The notes beneath the pieces are model-generated. The model was not told the origin of the DNA. It worked only from the letters and a program-made list of their open reading frames with translations, and ran no database searches. From Deinococcales bacterium (GTDB taxonomy: Bacteria > Deinococcota > Deinococci > Deinococcales > JAAFIG01), in the NCBI GenBank assembly GCA_031414595.1, contig JANNVX010000037.1, forward strand, positions 1-64,000: 64,000 nt of DNA. Reading direction: 5' to 3'. Below, piece after piece: positions 38,768 through 49,484 of this stretch. The position numbers and the translations under genes are program-made. Every line of letters begins with the position of its first letter. The stretch's first letter is position 1.

Positions 38768-39574
38768 TTACTGCCAAGTCTCGAGGGCAAGACCAATCGC
38801 ATCGGCAAGTCCGCCGTCGTTGACATGACCGACCACAGTTCGAGCGGTTTCTTGAACCCGAAGTGTGGCGTTGCCCATGGCTACGCTGTACCCCACCCCC
38901 GCTAAAATCTCAAGGTCATTTTCGCCATCACCCACCATCATCACTTCGTTTAGGGTTATACCGTAATAATCTGCCACGGCGGCGGCGGCTTCGAGCTTAT
39001 TTGTTCCCATTCGAGTGACACTGGTGTAGACATGGTTTGGCAAATCAGGTGTCCCCGCACTCGAGAAACTAATTCCAGCCATGTTTTGCATCGCCGCTTC
39101 AACAATTGGATATTGGCGCGGAGTTACCACCCATTGCACCCGAATAATCGGCTCTGGGATTTGTAGCACATCGGTTTGGGTCACAGCTAACTGAATTAAA
39201 CACTGATGCTCGAGACTGATTTCGGTTTGCACTTCGGCAAAACAGTTTGAAGCCGTGTAAACCTCCAAAGCAATTCCAGATTGCCGTGAAAACTGTACCA
39301 ATTCAAGAAAGGCTTCTCGGGGCAGCAAACTCTGATGTACCACTGTGCCATCAAGTTTTCCAGCGTGCGCCCCATTCTGGAAAATATGCACCCCGAATTC
39401 AGAAACGATTTTGGCGTAGTCTCGAGCCAGACTGTACTCTGGTCTGCCAGTACAGATGCCCAAGTAAATACCAGCGCTGCGGGCTGTCTCGAGGGCTGTC
39501 AGTACCCTAGGATGGATACGCGACCCCTCACCAATCAGCGTACCGTCCACATCAGTCAGAATTAAACGAATCAT
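38768..39574 (-). CDS. Cof-type HAD-IIB hydrolase
   Basis: DVDGTL, CTGR, NGA, K, GDGEND, AMGNA. Confidence 0.93.
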   Translation of the reverse strand: MIRLILTDVDGTLIGEGSRIHPRVLTALETARSAGIYLGICTGRPEYSLARDYAKIVSEFGVHIFQNGAHAGKLDGTVVHQSLLPREAFLELVQFSRQSGIALEVYTASNCFAEVQTEISLEHQCLIQLAVTQTDVLQIPEPIIRVQWVVTPRQYPIVEAAMQNMAGISFSSAGTPDLPNHVYTSVTRMGTNKLEAAAAVADYYGITLNEVMMVGDGENDLEILAGVGYSVAMGNATLRVQETARTVVGHVNDGGLADAIGLALETWQ

Positions 39575-39591
39575 TGGGCTAGTGTAACAGT

Positions 39592-42500
39592 TCACTCGAG
39601 TGGAGCAAGCAATTGGGTCAAGTCGTCTTGAGTTAATGCCACAGCACTGCTTAAACCACCCTCGAGAATACCCTTGGCAAGTTCGGCTTTGCGTTGCTGT
39701 AACTCGAGAATTTTTTGTTCTAAACTGCCTTGGGTGATTAACTTATAAACAAAGACTTTTTTGGTTTGCCCAATGCGGTGAGCGCGGTCGGTGGCTTGGT
39801 TTTCGGCAGCCGGATTCCACCACGGGTCAAAATGAATCACGGTATCGGCAGCCGTTAAATTTAAGCCCACCCCACCCGCTTTTAAGCTGATTAAAAAGAC
39901 ACTGGTTTCACCGTTTTGAAAGGCATTGATTTGTTTTGGGCGGTCTTTGGTTTGCCCAGTTAATTTTGAGTACAGTATGCCCATGCCCGTCAGGGTTTCC
40001 TCGAGATTCCCAAGCAAGGAAGCAAAAGCACTAAAGAGTAAGACTTTTCGTCCATCTTCGATTAAGGGCGGTAAATTCTCCTCGAGCCATTCAAGTTTGG
40101 TGTTGTGTTTGACGGATTTGGCTTGCTCGAGTTTCACTAACCTTGGGTCGCAACAGGCTTGACGCAGTTTTAGGAGCGCGTCTAAGACTACAATTTGTGA
40201 ACGGGCTAAGCCCTTACTCGCCACTTCTTCGCGGATGCGTTCGGATACCGCCACCCGAATGGTTTCGTACAGGTCACGTTGTGTACCTTGGAGTTCTAAT
40301 GGCACAATAATCTCGGTTTTTTCGGGCAGTTCTTTGGCGACTTCTTGTTTGGTGCGGCGCAATAAAAATGGTTTAATTCGCCTTGCCAGCACATCACGGC
40401 GGTGTGTGTCGCCGCCGCGTTCGATGGGATTGCGGTAGGTTTGCTTGAAATTGGTGTCGTCGCCTAAAAAACCGGGCATTAAAAAATTATAAATACTCCA
40501 GAGTTCACCAAGGTGATTCTCGAGCGGCGTACCCGTCAGACACAAACGATTTTCGGCTTTTAAGGCACTGGCAGCTTGGGCGGTGCTGCTTTTGGCATTT
40601 TTAATGTATTGGGCTTCATCCAAGATAATCGTGTGGAATTTCTTTTTCTTGAGCTTGTCAAAGTCACGCAGCAAAATCGGGTAGGTCGTGAGGATTAAAT
40701 CCGCCCCTTCGATGGCAGCATAATCCCGTGATTGTCCATGCAGAATCGCCACTTTCAGACTTGGCGCAAAACGCTCAGTCTCGAGTCGCCAATTGGTGAC
40801 TAAACTGGTTGGCATGACCACCAAAGCCGGTTGTTTTAAGCGTCCAGCTTGTTGCTCGAGCAGCAAATGGGCTAAAGCCTGAACGGTTTTACCAAGCCCC
40901 ATGTCGTCGGCAAGCACCCCCGCCAAGTTGTATTCGCGCAAGAACTGTAACCACGCCACACCCTCGAGTTGATACGGGCGCAAAGTTGCCTCGAGTTGTT
41001 TGGGGGCGCTTACGGCTGCAATCCCCGAAAAAGAACGCAGTTTTTGGGCGAGTTCAAGCAGCCTGTCCGCCCCGTGCCAACGCACCTGCAAGGCTTCCTG
41101 AAGCTCGAGTAAGCGGGCTGCGTCAAAAATACTTAAGCGCAGTGCGCCTTTGGGACGCTCCGAGTACAGTTCTAACAGCACCCCAAGCACCACCCGAACC
41201 CGAGAAGCAGGCAACGCCAGCATTCGCTTATCGGGCAAGGTCACATAAAAAATGTGTTTATCGGGCAGGGCTTTGAGTTTTTCTAAGGTAAAGTCTTTGG
41301 GTAAACGTTCAATCATGCCACTGAGAATCGGCAGTAAGCTGATTTGCTTGTCGTCTACAATTACGCCTAGCTCGAGTCCAAACCAATCGTTTTTATCGTC
41401 TACCTGTCCGTACCAATCCGAAATCTGGGCAATCTTAAACGCCCAAGTTTTGTCTTCAATCACCTGCCAACCCAAGTCTCGCAAAGTCGGGGCAAAACGA
41501 TTCAAGAAATCCAGCCACGCATCGTTGGTCTGTGGTCCTGCGCCAAGTGTCCAAGCGTGCTGCACCTTAGCAATGGTATTGGCTGGGGCTTTGGTAAAAT
41601 TCAGAGCTTGGAGGCTCATGACGGCGTTGCGTTCAATATCAAAATCGCGTTTGATTCGCTCGAGTACACCATCTTGATACGAGACCAACTCGCGTTTATC
41701 ACCTTCGGGCAAGCTGGTCTCGCCATACTCAAATTCTAGCACTGCATAATGCAAATCGGTTTGCCAAGATTGCGTACTGGACTGGGTTTTAAGCGTCAAA
41801 ACGGTCTGGCAAGGTAAAATGATTTCTCGGGCATTAAATAAATTGGGTTCTGGAATGGTTGGAAAACGCGCCCGCAGTGCGTCGCGGAAAGCAAATAACA
41901 TTTCGGGTTGCACCAATGGACAACTGGCAAAATGCTTGGCGGCTTTTGGCTCGAGAACCGTTTTTAATTGCCCCAATTCGCCACGCTGAGTGTCCACAAA
42001 CCAAAGTGGGGTAAACGGCAGCACCGCATGACTGCTTGGTTCGGTGCTAAAGACGGGGCGTTGTGTGCCGTCAGGTTGCACAATCCACGCTGGTTCGCCA
42101 ACTCGAGCAGTGCCTTTTTGCAACAAGACTTTACGGGCAGGATTTTCCCAATAACAACGCTCAGTCGACAGTAACCGCTCGAGTAAATACGAAACCAAGT
42201 CCGAATCCTCGAGGGCAAATTCGCTGCTGCCAGCCATGCTGTAGCGATTATTTTGGGTTGCCTGAAATGCCTGTAATAACGCCCTATCGCGCTTGGCATA
42301 ACTGGGAAGTTGCTCGAGGCTGTACGGCAATTTATAAGCCTTAATTTCTGATAAGCCTTTGCTGCTTAGCTTGGCGCTCCAAATGCCGTACATTACTGTA
42401 CCGTTTTTAATGAAAAGAGAAAACAAAAGCGTTTGTTTACTCGCGGTTTCGATTTGACTATTTGCCTTGGGTGCATTAGAAAACCATGTATTCAAAGTCT

Positions 42501-42909
42501 TATCCAATTCTGCGTTGGGCGCAATGATTTCCACAGGAGTCTGGGCTTTAGGTTTTGGGGCGTTTAAGGTTTTTAAGCGCTCGAGCGGGTCTGGGCGTTC
42601 TTTGGCAACCACTTGCAATAATTGGCGAGCCGTTGCCTCGAGCAGCAACGCCACCACATGTTTACAATCCCAACCGACGGGGCAATCACAATCCCCATCG
42701 AGTTCTTCAATATCACCATTTTGATCGCGGGTGATTTCAATATCCACATCGTAGCTCTCGCCGTAAGAACCACCAACCACACCAATCAGATGCTCAGAAT
42801 CACCCCTTGGGCTGATTTTTAATTGAACTTTTTTTACTCGAGAACGAATACCTAACCCGCGCTTAAAAGTCGCAGGGTCAAAAAAGGTGCGAAGCAGCGT
42901 TTCGGACAT
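39592..42909 (-). CDS. SWIM zinc finger / SNF2-family DNA translocase
   Basis: CDCPVGWDCKH SWIM; LADDMGLGKT, DEAQ, LTGTPLEN, SLKAGGVGLNL, QATDRAHRIGQ. Confidence 0.96.
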   Translation of the reverse strand: MSETLLRTFFDPATFKRGLGIRSRVKKVQLKISPRGDSEHLIGVVGGSYGESYDVDIEITRDQNGDIEELDGDCDCPVGWDCKHVVALLLEATARQLLQVVAKERPDPLERLKTLNAPKPKAQTPVEIIAPNAELDKTLNTWFSNAPKANSQIETASKQTLLFSLFIKNGTVMYGIWSAKLSSKGLSEIKAYKLPYSLEQLPSYAKRDRALLQAFQATQNNRYSMAGSSEFALEDSDLVSYLLERLLSTERCYWENPARKVLLQKGTARVGEPAWIVQPDGTQRPVFSTEPSSHAVLPFTPLWFVDTQRGELGQLKTVLEPKAAKHFASCPLVQPEMLFAFRDALRARFPTIPEPNLFNAREIILPCQTVLTLKTQSSTQSWQTDLHYAVLEFEYGETSLPEGDKRELVSYQDGVLERIKRDFDIERNAVMSLQALNFTKAPANTIAKVQHAWTLGAGPQTNDAWLDFLNRFAPTLRDLGWQVIEDKTWAFKIAQISDWYGQVDDKNDWFGLELGVIVDDKQISLLPILSGMIERLPKDFTLEKLKALPDKHIFYVTLPDKRMLALPASRVRVVLGVLLELYSERPKGALRLSIFDAARLLELQEALQVRWHGADRLLELAQKLRSFSGIAAVSAPKQLEATLRPYQLEGVAWLQFLREYNLAGVLADDMGLGKTVQALAHLLLEQQAGRLKQPALVVMPTSLVTNWRLETERFAPSLKVAILHGQSRDYAAIEGADLILTTYPILLRDFDKLKKKKFHTIILDEAQYIKNAKSSTAQAASALKAENRLCLTGTPLENHLGELWSIYNFLMPGFLGDDTNFKQTYRNPIERGGDTHRRDVLARRIKPFLLRRTKQEVAKELPEKTEIIVPLELQGTQRDLYETIRVAVSERIREEVASKGLARSQIVVLDALLKLRQACCDPRLVKLEQAKSVKHNTKLEWLEENLPPLIEDGRKVLLFSAFASLLGNLEETLTGMGILYSKLTGQTKDRPKQINAFQNGETSVFLISLKAGGVGLNLTAADTVIHFDPWWNPAAENQATDRAHRIGQTKKVFVYKLITQGSLEQKILELQQRKAELAKGILEGGLSSAVALTQDDLTQLLAPLE

Positions 42910-42958
42910 AAACGCACCATTCTACGTTATTTTGCATTTTTGAAAAGGTTCAAAGGAC

Positions 42959-43954
42959 TTATCGAAACAAAGCATTATCACGCTGATGGTCTGCAAAATT
43001 CGTATTAGGCTTGAATTCGCCTTTGTTCCCGTGCAGAAAATACAACCACTGCACACCATTCGAGTTGCTGCGCTGTGCGTTCAGGACTGCATCTAAAGCC
43101 TGTACTCCGGGGTTTGAAATTGGCGTTGGAGTTAAACCGCGTACCTTATAAGTATTAAATGGTGAATCTGATTCAAAATCCCCTGCTCGGCGGCTCAGTT
43201 CGGGTAAGCGTTTACCAAGCCCGTAAGCAATGGTTGGGTCAGATTGCAGTGCCATTCCAATCTCGAGACGATTTAAGAAGACCCCTGCAATCACGGGCAT
43301 TTCTTGGGCGTTGCCCGCTTCAACTTGGACAATACTGGCGAGTGTGACCCATTGGTAGACACTTAAGCTAAGTTTCTCGAGGGCGGCTTTTCTGGCTGGG
43401 GTGATTTCGCGTTGGAAACGCTGCGTCAGGGTTCGGGCAATGCTCTGGGCATTGTCTTCTGGACGAAACTGATATGTGGCGGGGAATAAAAACCCTTCTA
43501 GGCTGGGTGCGCCTTTGCTGTACTCGAGTAGATTGGTCTGCCTAAAAGCCGTTTCGAGTTCGGCATTATTGGAAAATTTGGTGACAACGCGGCTAACGAT
43601 TTCGGATAAGCGCAGTCCTTCTGGGATGGCGACAGTAATTTGTCGAGGACGACCCAACTGCCCTAAGCTACGGGCAATCTCGAGAATGTTTTGTTTACCA
43701 CTTAAGTCGTAATACCCTTCGCGGATGCGGCGGTCAGTGCCAACATACTGGGCTACAAAACGAAAAACTGTGGCATTTCGCACCAAGCCTTTCTGCTCGA
43801 GTTGCGTGGCGATTGTGCCGATGCTCATGCCTTGTTTGACTTCCACAGTTTGTTTTTTGGCATTGGTTGGCAGCACCATATACAGCCCAATCCCACCGAC
43901 AAGTAAACCAAGCAGGAGAAGAACACCAAAAAAACCAAGTAAAATTCGTTTCAT
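42959..43954 (-). CDS. mltG: Endolytic transglycosylase MltG
   Basis: IPEG, LEGFLFPATY, LASIVQVE, VFLNRL, LQSDPT, SPFNTY, PISNPG. Confidence 0.95.
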   Translation of the reverse strand: MKRILLGFFGVLLLLGLLVGGIGLYMVLPTNAKKQTVEVKQGMSIGTIATQLEQKGLVRNATVFRFVAQYVGTDRRIREGYYDLSGKQNILEIARSLGQLGRPRQITVAIPEGLRLSEIVSRVVTKFSNNAELETAFRQTNLLEYSKGAPSLEGFLFPATYQFRPEDNAQSIARTLTQRFQREITPARKAALEKLSLSVYQWVTLASIVQVEAGNAQEMPVIAGVFLNRLEIGMALQSDPTIAYGLGKRLPELSRRAGDFESDSPFNTYKVRGLTPTPISNPGVQALDAVLNAQRSNSNGVQWLYFLHGNKGEFKPNTNFADHQRDNALFR

Positions 43955-44043
43955 TGCGCTAAGAATAACAAATCAGCCTTGCGTCTGGGATGGACACAAG
44001 GCTGATAAAATTTAATTTGGCTAATACAAAGCACCTATTGGGT

Positions 44044-44316
44044 TTAACGCACAAAGCCGTAAGTCATAAAATTAAGAACCGCGCCAACAACTGGAATTAA
44101 AACCAGTCCTAAAAGTAACCAACTTTGCCGATCTCCGAGGGCGCTTAGTTTGCTGACCAGCCAGCCTTGGGCTTTTGGCAGACTCGAGACCAGTTCAGCC
44201 GTTGCTGGCATCGGTTGGGCTACCGATTTGGGCAACTCAACCGCCTGCGGAACACTACGGACTCGAGTGGTTCTTTGCGGAGTAAGGATAGCGCGTTCTG
44301 TGATGAGCATAGCCAT
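44044..44316 (-). CDS. Hypothetical membrane protein
   Basis: Short ORF with GAGG RBS and a C-terminal TM. Confidence 0.55.
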   Translation of the reverse strand: MAMLITERAILTPQRTTRVRSVPQAVELPKSVAQPMPATAELVSSLPKAQGWLVSKLSALGDRQSWLLLGLVLIPVVGAVLNFMTYGFVR

Positions 44317-44672
44317 ATTTTGCCTCAAGCAGAATGGTTTGTCAAGATTCGTTTCGCATATTGCGTAACCAAGAAAACCATTTCCTCGGCTCTTCCATCA
44401 TACTAGCACAAAATCGTGTTGTGTGTGAAAAATGCACACTACATCTGGTAGTTAGCATAACAATAAATCAATACTTAGTTTCGGGTATAAATTCGAGTTT
44501 AAGCAAAAACAAGCAGCTCGAGAAAATAAAAAATACTGTTTCTATCAGCATTTCTCGAGAAATTAAAAAACCATTCTGTTATTGACAGCTAAAAAACGGC
44601 TAAAATGTCTGACACAAGGTTCTTTGTAAGGTTTTTGTAAGAAATTCCACAAGTATTCTCCCAGCTAGACAC

Positions 44673-45257
44673 TCAAGCATCTGGTGGTGCAGGTTGCCAA
44701 TTTGTCCACTCCGCCCATTCCCACGCACCAGCCATAAACAAATCAAAAGCGGGGTCTTTAATGTCGTAATATGCCTCGGCATTATTCGGAAAATACCGCG
44801 CCAATTGATATTTAATCTCGGCATAGGCTTCGCGGGTGACTGGATGGGTTCGCAAATAATCACGGCATAAAAGTGCATAAAGTTGGTTAAACCGACCATC
44901 CACCCGCACATGGACATGGGTTTTACGCTGCACCGGTGGAATAAATTGTGCATAACGCTTCTCGAGTTCGCTTGACTCGAGACTCATCCCTCGCGGGCAA
45001 TGGTCATGGGTAATGTCTTCGCGCCAGACCAGACCGGCTTGTTCAAATCGCAAACGCAAATCTCGAGCATCCAGATTTGCCACTGTGACCTGAATATCAA
45101 TAATGTCTTTGGCTGCTAAATTTGGCACACTGGTACTGCCAATATGATCAATTCGCAATGCCAACATACCCAAAGCCTCACGCAGTTTCTCGGAAAGCTC
45201 GAGAAATTCATCTTCCCAACGTGATTGATAGGCAATAATTTCGATTGGCACAAGCAC
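44673..45257 (-). CDS. GrpB family nucleotidyltransferase-fold protein
   Basis: RIDHIGSTSVPNLAAKDIIDIQV, HVHVR, RDYLR. Confidence 0.93.
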   Translation of the reverse strand: MLVPIEIIAYQSRWEDEFLELSEKLREALGMLALRIDHIGSTSVPNLAAKDIIDIQVTVANLDARDLRLRFEQAGLVWREDITHDHCPRGMSLESSELEKRYAQFIPPVQRKTHVHVRVDGRFNQLYALLCRDYLRTHPVTREAYAEIKYQLARYFPNNAEAYYDIKDPAFDLFMAGAWEWAEWTNWQPAPPDA

Positions 45258-45343
45258 ATTCTAATACCCAAAATGCTCAATTTTGCCACCAATACGCCAT
45301 TTACCCAATGTTGATGGTCTGCTACAAATCATAGAATACTAAA

Positions 45344-46267
45344 ATGTCCATCAGACCATACACGCCATTGGATGCCACAGCTTTTATTGCTCTTCTACAA
45401 CGCCAAGAAAACGATTTGGTCACCTTAGATTCATTTACCAAAACCGAAGCAAGACGGGAAATAAGCACCGACTTTTGGCGAGCGGTACTCGAGGAAAACT
45501 CAGAAATTGTTGGGTATGCACAACTCAGTATGCGCCCCTCTACGCCGATTGGATGGCGCGATATGGAAGTGATCGTTAAAAAAGATACCGAAAATTGTGG
45601 ATATGGAGGGAGATTACTCGAAGCAGTTGAACATCAAGTCAAACAACAACATTTAATTGGACTGGAAACATCAGTCAGAGACACCAATACCTCAAGTAGA
45701 GTATGGCTCGAAAAACGAGGTTTTTGGTTTGATTTCCACCGCTTTGAAAGCGAACTGCACTTGCCAGAATTTGAAGAATCACAATTTTTCAACGCAGTTG
45801 CTCGAGCCGAAAGCCACGGAATTCGTTTTGCGACTCGAGCCGATTTTATGAACCAAGCAAGTTTACAAACTTTACATAAACTAGATAATCAGTTGTTTTT
45901 AGACACACCAGATGCACCAGGGCGAACGCCACTCAGCTTCGAGCGATTCCAAAAATTAGTTGCAGAAAATCCGCAAGTCACACCTGAATCTATCATTATC
46001 GCACTGGATAGAGACGCATTTATTGGTATGACCATCATGCTCCGAGAAAATGATGCGTTTTACACAGGAATGACAGGGGTTACTCGAGAATACCGTAACA
46101 AAGGTATTGCTTTAGCATTGAAAGTGCTTGGCATACAATATGCCATTCGGTCAGGTGCAATTCGCATGACAACCCATAATCACTCGAGAAACGCCCCGAT
46201 GATTGCGGTTAATCAAAAACTTGGTTACAAGCAACGAAGTGGATTTTGGGTGTTCAAACGCCAATGA
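45344..46267 (+). CDS. Tandem GNAT acetyltransferase
   Basis: GYGGRLL and TGVTREYRNKGIALALK, NAPMIAVNQKLGY. Confidence 0.9.
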   Translation: MSIRPYTPLDATAFIALLQRQENDLVTLDSFTKTEARREISTDFWRAVLEENSEIVGYAQLSMRPSTPIGWRDMEVIVKKDTENCGYGGRLLEAVEHQVKQQHLIGLETSVRDTNTSSRVWLEKRGFWFDFHRFESELHLPEFEESQFFNAVARAESHGIRFATRADFMNQASLQTLHKLDNQLFLDTPDAPGRTPLSFERFQKLVAENPQVTPESIIIALDRDAFIGMTIMLRENDAFYTGMTGVTREYRNKGIALALKVLGIQYAIRSGAIRMTTHNHSRNAPMIAVNQKLGYKQRSGFWVFKRQ

Positions 46268-46406
46268 GGTCATTTCAGAATGGGCTTTGTCTAGCTTACG
46301 CACCCTCAGATAAAGCCTCCGAAAAGTCCATATTTTTAGCAATTTCACGGTTTAGATGGTCAGAAAAACAGGGAGACCACTCCGCCACCCAAGCGCGAGT
46401 GGTTGG

Positions 46407-46808
46407 TTAATTAAGCCGCACAACCGTACTGGCTTGTTGCTCGAGCCAGAGCGCCACCGCCACCGAAGTCGCAAGGTTGGTGGACAGTGGCACATTATGA
46501 ACATCACAAATTCGCAGTAAGGCACTGACATCTGGTTCGTGCGGTTGGGCAGTCAGTGGGTCACGGTAAAAAAAGACTGCCAGCACCTTTTCCTCGGCAA
46601 TTGCCCCACCAATTTGTTGGTCGCCGCCCAAAGGACCTGACATCAAGCGTTTAACCTCGAGTCCGGTGGTTTCAAAAATAATTCTGGCGGTTGTGCCAGT
46701 GCCAATCAAAGCAAACCGAGCAAAAAGGGCTTTATGCTCGAGGACAAAACGAGCCAGGTCATCTTTTTTATCATCATGGGCAATTAAAGCCACCAATTCT
46801 CGAGCCAT
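46407..46808 (-). CDS. mgsA: Methylglyoxal synthase
   Basis: ALIAHDDKK, TGTT, SGPLGGDQQIG, RDPLTAQPHEPDV. Confidence 0.96.
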   Translation of the reverse strand: MARELVALIAHDDKKDDLARFVLEHKALFARFALIGTGTTARIIFETTGLEVKRLMSGPLGGDQQIGGAIAEEKVLAVFFYRDPLTAQPHEPDVSALLRICDVHNVPLSTNLATSVAVALWLEQQASTVVRLN

Positions 46809-46820
46809 GGGTAGAGCATA

Positions 46821-46889
46821 GGGGAAAAAGGGAAAAAGGTAAAAGGGTAAAATTTAGAACCTTTCACCTTTTGACCCTTTAACCTTCAC
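46821..46889. repeat. Inverted pair of heptamer-like tandem repeats
   Basis: GGAAAAA/GGTAAAA run followed by a CCTTT(T/A/C) run. Confidence 0.7.
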
Positions 46890-46976
46890 TCTCTGCACAC
46901 AAGTTATGGTATGTAAATTCTCATTTACCCTAGAACTGGTATATTTGCCCGTTGTGGAGTAGACTACGCGGCAATT

Positions 46977-47810
46977 GTGGCTCGCCCTTTGGTTTTCACT
47001 GAACTTAATCGCACTGCGTTTCTGGCACTTTCCAGTCACGCTAAGCCGTTACCACTAACGACCCTCGGCGAACAGATTGGTTTAAGCGCACCGCTGGCTG
47101 GGGCTTGGCTCGAGCAGCGCTTGGACGGACGTTTTTTAATCGAAGATAACATTGTGGCACTGCAAAATTGGACTCGGCGTTTTCCACCCCAAGGCGAAAT
47201 TATTGTTGCGCTGGACTTAGAAGCCACCAATGGCGACCCAGTACGCGAAGACATTATTGAAATTGGGGCAGTGCGAATAGACGAGCATGGGACACAAGAA
47301 TTTCAGTCTTTTGTGCCGAGTAACCGCCCAATCAATCCTTTTGTGCAACGCATGACGGGTATTAACGCGGCGATGCTTGAAGGTGCGCCACCAATCGAAG
47401 AAACTCTTTTTAGACTCGAGTCGTTTCTCGAGGGGGCAACCTTGGTGGTTCACAATGCAGGCTTTGATGCCGCACTATTGGCTCGAGAATTTGCTAAGCT
47501 AGGGCGCAAGTTACCCAATCCAATTGTGGATACGATCAACTTAGCGCAAGCAGTATTACCCGGGAGGCGTAAACGTGGACTCGAGACCCTATCAAGACTG
47601 TATGATGTACCGCAAGCCGCAAGGCATCGCGCATTAGATGACGCTCGGGTTACACTAGCCGTAGCCAAACACCTTTACTTTTCCCTCGCGGGAGTCCGCG
47701 AGTTGACCTTGAAAGAACTCCACGATGACTTTAGTCAAACCCAAACTCCTAAACCAAGCCCTCAAATCCCCAAGTCTCAACGCCGTCGGAGGTTCCGCCG
47801 TGAGCGTTAA
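46977..47810 (+). CDS. DEDDh 3'-5' exonuclease (DnaQ/epsilon-like)
   Basis: DLEATN, IIEIGA, HNAGFD, DT, HRALDDA. Confidence 0.92.
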   Translation: MARPLVFTELNRTAFLALSSHAKPLPLTTLGEQIGLSAPLAGAWLEQRLDGRFLIEDNIVALQNWTRRFPPQGEIIVALDLEATNGDPVREDIIEIGAVRIDEHGTQEFQSFVPSNRPINPFVQRMTGINAAMLEGAPPIEETLFRLESFLEGATLVVHNAGFDAALLAREFAKLGRKLPNPIVDTINLAQAVLPGRRKRGLETLSRLYDVPQAARHRALDDARVTLAVAKHLYFSLAGVRELTLKELHDDFSQTQTPKPSPQIPKSQRRRRFRRER

Positions 47811-49029
47811 ACAATTGCGTTACACCATTACCCGCCTGTGCTTAGATTCAGGTAGCCTTGCAGTTCTTAAATACCTCGAACCTTATATTCCTAACGATGG
47901 TGTGCTGAGTGTGTTGCTTGATGGTGGGCGAGAAATTCGTCTTGAACCGCGTGGTGGGCGTTTATACGGCTTAGCTGATTTTTTTGCCCAACAAAAACTG
48001 GCGGTCAATGATGCGCTGCTTTTCACACCACTCGAGCCTAAGCGCTGGCAATTAGAAGTACAACAAAAAAATCGGGTTCAAAACGCTAATCCAAGTGCTA
48101 TTGCCGCCGTTCCAGCTCTGATGGAAAGCATTGTCGAGGATGAAAGCTCGCATATTCGGGTGGTACGAAAACAACCCGCCGCCGTTTCGCCGTACCCGAG
48201 CGGCATTTTGTACCCAAGCAGTGAAAAACCAGAGCCGTTGGTCGAAGAAAAGCCCGTGGTGCTTTCAAATATCGTGGCTAAAGTCGCACCGAGTATCCAA
48301 GCTGTGATTAAAACCTCGCCACTCGAGGCGTTAAATCGTACCTTCACCAGTTTTGGTTATAGCGTATCTACCCTCGAGAATGGCTTGCAACTCGAAGCCC
48401 AATTACCAAAAGGCACACACCGCATTGCCCTTGCGCTCGAAGGTCACAGCGATATTGGTGCGGTACTTAAAGCCGGACGACTCAACGGCGCAAAGTATTT
48501 GGCGGTTGCCGCCAGCAGCGAACGGATTGGCTTAGTAGACACCGCCACTGCTTTTGGTCATGTGGTCAGGGTCGAACTCGAAGCCCTTGCCAGCTTAGAA
48601 AAACTCCAAGAACACTTTGCGCTTAGTCCGCTTGAACTTGAAGGCTATTGGAATGCCGATGGAATCCGCCAAGATGCACTAGAAAGCATCCAACAAAGCA
48701 TCAATCAACGGCTCGAGACACGCGGCGAATTTAGTTTTATTATGCTGGCGCTCAGGCATTTTAACGCCCCTTGCGCCATCACCCCAGAAGATATTGTGGC
48801 AAAACTCCCGGGCAGTGGTATTGGCACAAGCACCGTGTTGCAAGTCCTCGAGACCCTAAGTAAAGCCCCATTTATGTTGGTCACACCGCTTGGCATGGGC
48901 GAATACCACCTTAAAACCAGTTTAGACCGTGGGCTTGAAGACTTAGCGGGTTATGTCTCGAGTGTCAAAATGCGCCTACGGACTTCTTCACCACAAAAAG
49001 CTGACAGTACCCTGACTCGAGTACGCTAG
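47800..49029 (+). CDS. Hypothetical protein, coupled to the exonuclease gene
   Basis: GGAGG RBS with GTG start overlapping the upstream gene; 409-aa ORF. Confidence 0.75.
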   Translation: MSVKQLRYTITRLCLDSGSLAVLKYLEPYIPNDGVLSVLLDGGREIRLEPRGGRLYGLADFFAQQKLAVNDALLFTPLEPKRWQLEVQQKNRVQNANPSAIAAVPALMESIVEDESSHIRVVRKQPAAVSPYPSGILYPSSEKPEPLVEEKPVVLSNIVAKVAPSIQAVIKTSPLEALNRTFTSFGYSVSTLENGLQLEAQLPKGTHRIALALEGHSDIGAVLKAGRLNGAKYLAVAASSERIGLVDTATAFGHVVRVELEALASLEKLQEHFALSPLELEGYWNADGIRQDALESIQQSINQRLETRGEFSFIMLALRHFNAPCAITPEDIVAKLPGSGIGTSTVLQVLETLSKAPFMLVTPLGMGEYHLKTSLDRGLEDLAGYVSSVKMRLRTSSPQKADSTLTRVR

Positions 49030-49073
49030 GATGAACTTTTGCAAAGCCAATAGTTTAGCTTCTCAAACACTTA

Positions 49074-49263
49074 GGAACTGTCCAAGAATAACTTCCCGAT
49101 TTCAATTAAACCAAAAACATACAATTGGTCACAGGGCGGACACGGGGGTCCGCCCCTACCTGACGTATTTTTATGGATTTTGTAGGGACAGACCCCTGTG
49201 TCTGTCCTGCTAGAAACAATGTTTCATCATTTCCAAATAGGGAAGTTATTTACGGACAAATCC
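49074..49263. mobile_element. MITE copy 2 with an internal GTAG-REP doublet
   Basis: TIRs GGAACTGTCC..AATAACTTCCC / GGGAAGTTATT..GGACAAATCC, TTA target duplication on both sides. Confidence 0.88.
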
Positions 49264-49484
49264 TTACCAGAAGTTCTGCATGGCGCTGGGCAGTTTCCTT
49301 CGGTGGTGGTTAGCGCCGACCCACCGCCAGAAGTGCCTAGTCTAGAGAATCTGCAAAGTTATTATTTGCGTGTCTACGACCCCAAACACGAAATTCGTAA
49401 GCTGGTGTATTACCTAGATACGATTGCGGAAATTCGGATAATCGAGGGGAAGGTGTGACCCCTCCGTCTTGGGTGGGTGCAAGA

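Noticed and set aside
39592-42909. SNF2 helicase as part of a defence system
   Set aside because: Typical standalone SWIM-SNF2 in housekeeping context, with host-like composition and no defence partners
44582-44606. sigma70 promoter TTGACA...TAAAAT
   Set aside because: The spacer is only 13 bp and no plus-strand gene follows
49031-49458. A single gene cleanly split by the MITE
   Set aside because: Removing the MITE and one TTA does not join the 49031 ATG in frame with the downstream ORF, and that frame has a TAG just upstream
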